Assembly: GCA_031414955.1 (NCBI GenBank)
Contig: JANOQV010000008.1
Location: 1-12,740 of the forward strand
Origin: Pedosphaera sp.
GTDB lineage: Bacteria; Verrucomicrobiota; Verrucomicrobiia; Limisphaerales; SIBH01
DNA: 12,740 nt
Direction: 5' to 3'
The notes beneath the pieces are model-generated. The model was not told where the DNA came from and searched no databases. It worked only from the letters and a program-made list of their open reading frames with translations. This document shows, piece by piece, positions 8,501-12,740 of the stretch (its first letter is position 1; each line of letters starts with the position of its first letter). The translations under genes were made by a program, and so were the position numbers.

Positions 8501-9384
8501 AAATGCAGCCAAGCAGCGCCGCTGATGGCCGCGCTCCAGGAGAGCGAACCACCGCCGCCATTCCGAATGGTGAACGTGCTGACACTGCCCGAGGCGAGGG
8601 CGGGACTGCTTCCGGGGCTGACCGCGAGCGCGGGCGGCCCAGTGCCGGCCACGGTCAGGCGACTGGCGGAGCGCGCGGTGGCGTTGGCGGGAGTGATCGC
8701 GTTCAGCACCCGATTCGGGTCCGCCCACACTCCCACGTAATAAGCGCCCGGCGGCGTGCCGGCGGGCACCGTGACCGAGCCGGAGTAGTTGAACACGCCA
8801 CCCGCCGCCAGCGCGGGCACGGCCACATCCAATGGCGACAACCCGGCGTCGCCCGCATTGATGATGGCGTCCGCGCTCAGGAGCAGCCGGGCCGTGGTGG
8901 CGGGCGTGCCCGCGGGGGTGCGGACACGGAAACTCAGATTCACGTTCTGCCCGGCATTGACACTCGCCGGTGTGAACTGAACCAACTCCACCATCCCAAA
9001 CCAACCGCTCGCACTGCGCGTATCAAAGGTGAACACGCCGCTCTCTGCCCAGCCGCCCAAGCCATCCCACGCCCGCGTGTCGAAGGTGAACACCCCCGAC
9101 TCCTGAACATGCGTCGCATTGGAATCGCGTGTGTCGAAGACAAACGTGGCTGATTCCGAAGTGTGGCTGGAAATGGAATCGCGCGTGTCCAGGAGAAACG
9201 CCCCTGACTCCGAAGCGTGGCTGGAGTTCGAGTCCCGCGTGTCCACCGTGAAGTCCGGCGACACATCATAATTCGCCGCCCGCCCGAGCACGCCGGTGAG
9301 GATGAGCGCGAGAACGAGGCCGTAACACCGGAGCGCGGCCTCCCAGGTCGCCGGACATTCCGTAGCGTGTGGCGTTCTTCTCAT
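5581..9384 (-). CDS. Large secreted multidomain protein (1267 aa): N-terminal repeats, CARDB-like, BACON-like and Ig-like domains, alpha/beta hydrolase (lipase/LCAT/PGAP1-like), Fn3, PKD and a Verrucomicrobia-type C-terminal domain
   Basis: Start chosen at ATG 9384, before a signal-like segment (GLVLALILTGVLGRAA). Hydrolase motifs: VIFVPGIMGS, YDWR, VDIVAHSTGG (7417-7434), ATPNEGS, DGDGTV, GEH. Fn3 motifs: WDAS..VAGYRIY..YAVVAV. PKD motif: FTNTSSGGVTNWAWDF. C-terminus: YDLQASTNLTTW...FYRAVVP. Confidence 0.85.
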   Translation of the reverse strand: MRRTPHATECPATWEAALRCYGLVLALILTGVLGRAANYDVSPDFTVDTRDSNSSHASESGAFLLDTRDSISSHTSESATFVFDTRDSNATHVQESGVFTFDTRAWDGLGGWAESGVFTFDTRSASGWFGMVELVQFTPASVNAGQNVNLSFRVRTPAGTPATTARLLLSADAIINAGDAGLSPLDVAVPALAAGGVFNYSGSVTVPAGTPPGAYYVGVWADPNRVLNAITPANATARSASRLTVAGTGPPALAVSPGSSPALASGSVSTFTIRNGGGGSLSWSAAISGAAWLHFISAASGVAGVNGSSLILSSDVNPGTSPRTGTITISAPGATPALQTVTVTQQGSAAAPAPVTSFVFSPIPSPQTVNAAFPVTITAKNGGAVQTAFNGQVSLRAEGGGAPSRRYANLVNGVWNGTVSMDADGAQTVLVASSDILDGRSGGFSVESGNPFSGFLSVRVQKQDGSAVSGANVTLTPAPSGIPMVKTSDLLGQAGFSFSSDSAFMLRVTKAGFCDYEAPVTSVVRLSSGLGSAFTVTLRDPNKPAVIFVPGIMGSRSEAVWLKYPVLPATYPAKAEELRLHDSPIRIKEVGWRPLKALLQDSFEVYEAPYDWRMPAIGRVGEANIAWRKYLLPIIAEAKRCGNHTTVDIVAHSTGGLLTRAYIQSSEYANDIGKLAMVATPNEGSANAYYLWFGGDTSHDTEGFYEGASRYNYEKMNPGKKWDASHPTQEGKMNFYRTVMKELEELLPVYDRSLFYLRLELPETSYRERESNPLYLLNQGSFGRYSATPMPDKVLSKVFYSTSRSTISQIWLTSARSSTVNQLYPHGTPVSLLLTADGDGTVRASSATMDPVQARFDHDSSLAGEHPHLVKEFAREVAFFLGVISSLADDAGKSPPSNLVSPTSQLLVSVGGRSQVWLLNPALAGAGVSPKTGSFSNDWTATTVEIGTGGSTFTATDPAAGLYQASLRPMPGEVVSVDIAFYQTNQIVVTNLTWIGSTNDIAFSFQINPAASNTLTLTYAPPAPPNPRCVSSNGLSVVAWDASPGTNVAGYRIYARRDDETLYQPLATTTNLSHDTLHPWMADGTGTNWFYAVVAVTADGTEGPYAEVVDNSAPTLANFTASPVSGTPPLVVTFTNTSSGGVTNWAWDFNSDGVIDSTEENPTTVFAEAGGYTVTLTVTGPEGTDTRVAVGFIGVSPPLLTTVRIMPDGAIGFDLLGQAGRSYDLQASTNLTTWTTLTNLTATNATTSFRDGPVTNQPWRFYRAVVP
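9016..9261 (-). repeat. Intragenic tandem repeats of 18-19 aa (ESGxFTFDTR-type), 5 DTR units
   Basis: DTR codons start at 9243, 9189, 9135, 9081 and 9024, giving spacings of 54, 54, 54 and 57 nt. Confidence 0.85.
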
Positions 9385-9408
9385 TTCTGGGCCTTGCCGA
9401 CGCCGGCG

Positions 9409-9438
9409 TTCATTACGGCTTCGGCGGTTCTTCGCGCA
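9409..9438. repeat. Direct repeat copy A (30 bp, 27/30 identical to 11923..11952)
   Basis: TTCATTACGGCTTCGGCGGTTCTTCGCGCA compared with TTCATTGCGGCTTGGGCGGTTCCTCGCGCA. Confidence 0.8.
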
Positions 9439-9598
9439 TCGCACACGACTCATCATGCTTCGCTTCATCGGCGAACGACACGAGCTTCCACCCCTGCGCG
9501 GCGAGCCGCGTCTCGCGCTCGCGTGCCGCCACGGCCATCGCGTGGATGTCGTGATTGCGCGCGCGCGCGATTTCTTCGAGGATCGGGTTCTTATTCAT
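9413..9598 (-). CDS. Small hypothetical protein (61 aa), resembles small antitoxin-like partners of PIN toxins
   Basis: ATG at 9598 (MNKNPILEEIARAR...). It fills the gap between the BrnA-like gene and the large gene, and its C-terminus REEPPKP is shared with 11924..12145. The family assignment is an inference. Confidence 0.55.
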   Translation of the reverse strand: MNKNPILEEIARARNHDIHAMAVAARERETRLAAQGWKLVSFADEAKHDESCAMREEPPKP

Positions 9599-9622
9599 AG
9601 GACGGATCAATGGGCGCGGCTT

Positions 9623-9877
9623 TCACGCCCCGACCAGCGCATGGGCGCGGAGAATGCGGCGCATCAGCTTGGCCGGGGTTTCGCCTCGCAGTTTCGCCTC
9701 GCGGCGGTAGTAGTCCAGGCTCACGGGCTCAAGTTCGACCGTCACCTTCACCGTCCTCAGTTCACGGCGCACCTGTGCCGGCGCGGGCAGGAAATCCAGC
9801 CGCACGGGTGGCCCCATCTCGCCGATGGGTTCGCCGTTGATCTCGGTCATGTCAGCGTGTCGCGTTTTGCTTTTCAT
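9623..9877 (-). CDS. BrnA/CopG-like ribbon-helix-helix antitoxin (84 aa)
   Basis: ATG 9877 overlaps the brnT 3' end by 26 nt. The pattern DFLPAP...TVKVTVEL..VSLDYYRREA......KLMRRIL is typical of RHH antitoxins paired with BrnT. Confidence 0.78.
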   Translation of the reverse strand: MKSKTRHADMTEINGEPIGEMGPPVRLDFLPAPAQVRRELRTVKVTVELEPVSLDYYRREAKLRGETPAKLMRRILRAHALVGA

Positions 9878-10142
9878 AAAGTTGTCTGCCCTTCCGCCAC
9901 CAGCCCGCGCCGATGATGCGGACGCGGCCCTGGCGCTCGGTGAAGCGCACGGTAAGAATATTCCCATCCACGCGCCCCAGGCAATGCCAGCGTGGCTCCC
10001 TGCCACTGTGCCCGAGATCGGGCAGGATGACGCGATCCGCATCGGCAAAGGCGGCGACGGCCTCCATGAAACTCACGCCGTGCTTGGCGCGGTTGGAGGC
10101 CTCCTTCGCGTCATCCCACTCAAAATGTTCGCCAAGCTTCAT
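9852..10142 (-). CDS. brnT: BrnT-family (DUF497) ribonuclease toxin
   Basis: FEWDDAKEASNRAKHGVSFMEA, HS.REPRW..LG and ILTVRFTER..RVRIIGA. Confidence 0.92.
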   Translation of the reverse strand: MKLGEHFEWDDAKEASNRAKHGVSFMEAVAAFADADRVILPDLGHSGREPRWHCLGRVDGNILTVRFTERQGRVRIIGAGWWRKGRQLYEKQNATR

Positions 10143-10356
10143 GCCGGAGTTGCCGACGTTTGGAATGGTGGCGCGAGGACGTTCGCCACGGCCTGCGCCG
10201 CCGCTACCAGCCCCCGCGCCACTTCCTTATTCGTTCCCCGCCGCGCCGCGGCGGAAAACAGGCTGCATCCGGTGGGCTTCCGTCTGGGACACCGCGCGGG
10301 TCCGTAAACCCGCGCGCTCCGCCCGTGGTGACCGGCGAACCGGCTCCCCCTCGAAT
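10143..10356 (-). ncRNA. Structured spacer downstream of TR (predicted 3' part of the DGR RNA)
   Basis: Hairpins at 10331-10344 (UUCG loop), 10293-10316 (9-bp stem, UUACGG loop), 10233-10259 and 10168-10222 (13-bp stem enclosing UGGUAGC...CGAAC). The G-U pairs form only on the minus-strand RNA. Confidence 0.6.
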
Positions 10357-10478
10357 CCCCCTCACACATCGGAACCCATAGTTGTTGTTGGCGTTGCCTG
10401 GTGTGTTGTTGTTGCGCTGCGCGCACCGCAGGTTGGTCGTGGTATCGCCCCACGAACCGCCCCGCAGCACACGATTGC
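10357..10478 (-). repeat. DGR template repeat (TR) matching an FGE-sulfatase/CLec-fold C-terminus
   Basis: The minus strand reads NRVLRGGSWGDTTTNLRCAQRNNNTPGNANNNYGFRCVRG. It has 9 AAY codons at variable positions and A-free codons for RVLRGGSWG, LRCA and GF. The boundaries are approximate because no VR is present to align. Confidence 0.88.
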
Positions 10479-11548
10479 TCAGTTTCCGGTCGCACCCAAA
10501 GTTTCACGCAATTCCTTTTTCACCTGGTCAATCAAGGCCGTGGTGTCCGCCTGCGCCGCATGGCCCCGCCAACTGTTCCAGCGCGTGAGCAACGACTCTT
10601 TCGACAGCTCCCCGCGTTTGTATTGCTGCACGTTCCAGCGCAGTCGCCGCCGGGCCGAAGCCACGTTGGCCCGGCACAGCCGCCGCCGTCCGGGCCACAC
10701 GCGCTGGCCCAGGAACGTGATCCCGCTCCGCGTCGGGAACGTCCGCGACTTGCGTTCGTTCAGCCGCAACCGGCACTCGGCCAGCCTCTCCACAATGGCC
10801 GCGCGCCACTCCGCCAGTTGCGCGTTACTCGCTCCGAACAGGAGGAAATCATCCACGTAGCGCACGTAGCCGGGGCAGCCCAGTTCCTCCTTCACCCAAT
10901 GATCAAACGCATCCAGGTAGATGCTCCCGAACCACTGGCTCGTCATGTTGCCGATGGGCAGGCCGACCCGGCGCGCGCCCGCCTCCGCCAGATCGTCCCC
11001 CGGAAACACATTGCACACCGCCTCCTGCCGGTTGCTGCCGTCCACGATCCGCTCCAGCAGCCAGAGCGTGGGCGGGCAGCAGATGGTCCGGCGCAACGCG
11101 GTCTTCAACACCGCGTGATCCATGCTCGGAAAATATTTCCGCACATCGCATTTCAGTACGCAGGGAAACTGGCGGCAGAATTCCTGGCCGCGCCGGATCG
11201 CGGCGTGTGTGCCCTTCCTTCCCGGTTCGAGTAAAGGTCGGAAATCATCCGGCGCTCAAACAGCGGCATGACCACCTGGCAGAGCGCGTGGTGCACCACC
11301 CGGTCGCGGAAGGGCGCGGCGCTGATCATCCGGGGCTTGGGCCGGGTGATCATCTTCTCCCGGTAGGCCCCCGGCGTGTAGGTCTGGTCCAGCAGTTCGC
11401 GCCGCAGCCGCAACACCTCCGCCTCCACGTTCGTCCGAAAGTTGCCCACGCCGGCTTGCAGACGCTTGCCCCGTTCGGCCCGGCGGACGGCCCACCAGAG
11501 GTTCTCGAACGAGGTGATTTCCTCCCAAAGATGGTTATGCGTCTTCAT
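10479..11548 (-). pseudogene. DGR reverse transcriptase (about 356 aa if repaired), split by a one-base frameshift near 11216-11217
   Basis: The 5' part (11153..11548) has PKPRMISAAPFRDRVVHHAL. The 3' frame, open from 11216, gives KGTHAAI...LKCDVRKYFPSMDH, GLPIGNMTSQ, YVRYVDDF (YVDD at 10848-10859) and ITFLG. One extra base restores NREGKGTH. This could be a sequencing error. Confidence 0.9.
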
Positions 11549-11898
11549 CGCGCCGCTCCGGTGCTGGCCGCGCTTTTCAGCCAGCCGCCCACCATCCGGC
11601 CCACTTCATCCAGCTTCTCGGAGGCCACGGCGTAAGCCTGGTTGCTGAAGTAGCGCAGCGCGTGGGCCAGCCGGATCAGACGGCGTGTGATCTCCAGCGT
11701 CATGTTCGCCTCGAGCAGGTGGGGGCGCTTCTCCCGGCTGTAGTAGGCCCGCAGGCAGTTCTCCTGCACCTCCAGCAGCTTCACTTCAATCCGGTCTCCC
11801 AGCACAAATTTCTGATCGCGCGGAAACTTGCCCAGTTGCGGAATCACGTAAAGCAACAGGTCGTGCAGCTTGGTCAGGATGTTGTCGGCTTCGGCCAT
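11545..11898 (-). CDS. avd: DGR accessory variability determinant (Avd, four-helix bundle)
   Basis: 117 aa with KFPRDQKFVLGDRIE, LRLAHAL-like IRLAHALRYFS and EVGRMVGGWLK. Its stop overlaps the RT start (ATGA at 11545-11548). Confidence 0.92.
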   Translation of the reverse strand: MAEADNILTKLHDLLLYVIPQLGKFPRDQKFVLGDRIEVKLLEVQENCLRAYYSREKRPHLLEANMTLEITRRLIRLAHALRYFSNQAYAVASEKLDEVGRMVGGWLKSAASTGAAR

Positions 11899-11922
11899 GG
11901 TTGGTTCAAGGGTGCTGGCCTC

Positions 11923-11952
11923 TTCATTGCGGCTTGGGCGGTTCCTCGCGCA
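11923..11952. repeat. Direct repeat copy B (27/30 identical to 9409..9438)
   Basis: Direct comparison; it covers the last codons and stop of 11924..12145. Confidence 0.8.
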
Positions 11953-12145
11953 GCCGTGCCGTGGCGTATCGGCCTTCCGTCTGTGCCAGCGTGCGCCACC
12001 AGAGCGCCAGCGGTGACGTGCTGGTTTCCTTCCAGGCCTCGCACCGGCGTCGCGCCTCCTCGCGCCCCAGCCGCGCCTCCTCCTCCGCCATAGCCCGCTG
12101 GATGCCGGCCTTCATTTCAACACAGTCAAAAGGCTTTGTTTTCAT
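11924..12145 (-). CDS. Small protein (73 aa), putative antitoxin partner of the upstream PIN protein
   Basis: Starts 3 nt after the PIN stop. The KPFDCVEMK..IQ N-terminus resembles small ORFs found downstream of this PIN subfamily (inference). Confidence 0.7.
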   Translation of the reverse strand: MKTKPFDCVEMKAGIQRAMAEEEARLGREEARRRCEAWKETSTSPLALWWRTLAQTEGRYATARLREEPPKPQ

Positions 12146-12148
12146 GGT

Positions 12149-12601
12149 TCAGATTATTTCCAACGGTGAGCGGATGTCCACCAGACGGTAGCCCTCGCGC
12201 AGGTTCACCGCATTGAACAGCCGGATTTTGTCGTAGTGGACGATGTGCTTGAAGTTCCAGCTCGCGATCACATCCGCCCCCGCCACGGTCGCCAGCGCCA
12301 CATGGAGCGCATCGTTCAGTTGCGCCGGGCCGACGATGGCGGCGGCGGCGTAACAGCCTTGCAAGGCCCGGGCCTCTTCCGTCGCGGAGACATACTCCGC
12401 GCAGTCCGGCGGCAGTGCGGCCAGCCGGGCCTGCACCGCCTCCGGTGCCCGCGCCAGTTCCAGCAGCAGCAGCTCGGAGACCAGCAGCCGAATATGCCCG
12501 CTCCGCGCCTGCGCCAGCAGTTCACGGCTCGCCTCGGCGAACTCCTCATCCTCACAGCCGCCCACCACGGATGTATCAACGTAGATGCGCGGTGTTTTCA
12601 T
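12149..12601 (-). CDS. PIN-domain (VapC-like) ribonuclease
   Basis: IYVDTSV, ELLLLEL, DALHVALAT and SWNFKHIV...SPLEII; 150 aa. Confidence 0.9.
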   Translation of the reverse strand: MKTPRIYVDTSVVGGCEDEEFAEASRELLAQARSGHIRLLVSELLLLELARAPEAVQARLAALPPDCAEYVSATEEARALQGCYAAAAIVGPAQLNDALHVALATVAGADVIASWNFKHIVHYDKIRLFNAVNLREGYRLVDIRSPLEII

Positions 12602-12644
12602 TTGGAAAGGCGCGGCTTCATCGCGGCCGGCGTGCGGCGTGGCT

Positions 12645-12740
12645 AGGGCGCGTCACTCCATGCGCGCCGTCAGCCGATTTGATATCCGAGACCTCAAATT
12701 GCAAATGCCGCCCGACGGCGCGCACGGAGTGACGCGCCCT
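12645..12740. repeat. REP/REPIN-like inverted repeat (27-bp arms, 26/27 complementary), reaching the window edge
   Basis: AGGGCGCGTCACTCCATGCGCGCCGTC (12645-12671) pairs with GACGGCGCGCACGGAGTGACGCGCCCT (12714-12740) around a 42-nt spacer. Confidence 0.8.

Larger units (their letters stand above)
10143..11898 (-). mobile_element. Diversity-generating retroelement core: avd - RT - TR - spacer
   Basis: Avd-like four-helix-bundle gene overlapping (ATGA) an RT with the DGR-type GLPIGNMTSQ motif and YVDD, followed directly by an AAC-rich template repeat and a hairpin-rich spacer. Confidence 0.92.

Noticed and set aside
5581..9384. Large secreted protein as the DGR target
   Set aside because: It contains no RGGSW/GFRC segment and no visible nucleotide similarity to the TR.
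9557..9569. (GC)6 run in the small ORF as a phase-variation tract
   Set aside because: It is short and unremarkable in a GC-rich genome, and the reading frame is intact.
10204..10470. 88-aa ORF MLRGGSW... as a real gene or the DGR target
   Set aside because: It is only the TR read in frame plus spacer. It has no upstream FGE-sulfatase domain, and its AAC-rich state marks a template rather than a VR.
10479..11548. RT as a group II intron maturase, retron or CRISPR-associated RT
   Set aside because: It is about 356 aa with the DGR-type GNxxSQ motif rather than PQG...SP, and lies next to avd and a TR. I saw no retron VTG motif, intron ends, cas genes or array.

Overview
GC-rich bacterial window, probably Verrucomicrobiota (Pedosphaera/Limisphaera-like; inferred from the C-terminal domain of the large secreted protein). 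The left half (+ strand) is mostly housekeeping: a small membrane protein, an SQR-like FAD oxidoreductase, argG, nusB, a PHP-domain phosphoesterase and ftsY, with heptamer tandem repeats around the PHP gene. The right half (- strand, converging on ftsY) is a compact accessory operon: PIN toxin, small partner, avd, DGR reverse transcriptase (one-base frameshift near 11216), an AAC-rich template repeat (TR) for an FGE-sulfatase/CLec-fold C-terminus, a structured spacer, brnT and a BrnA/CopG-like antitoxin, a small ORF and a 1267-aa secreted multidomain lipase-like protein. The main finding is a diversity-generating retroelement (DGR) in avd-RT-TR order, with no variable repeat or target gene in the window. 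It lies between two toxin-antitoxin modules and is bracketed by a 27/30-bp direct repeat.
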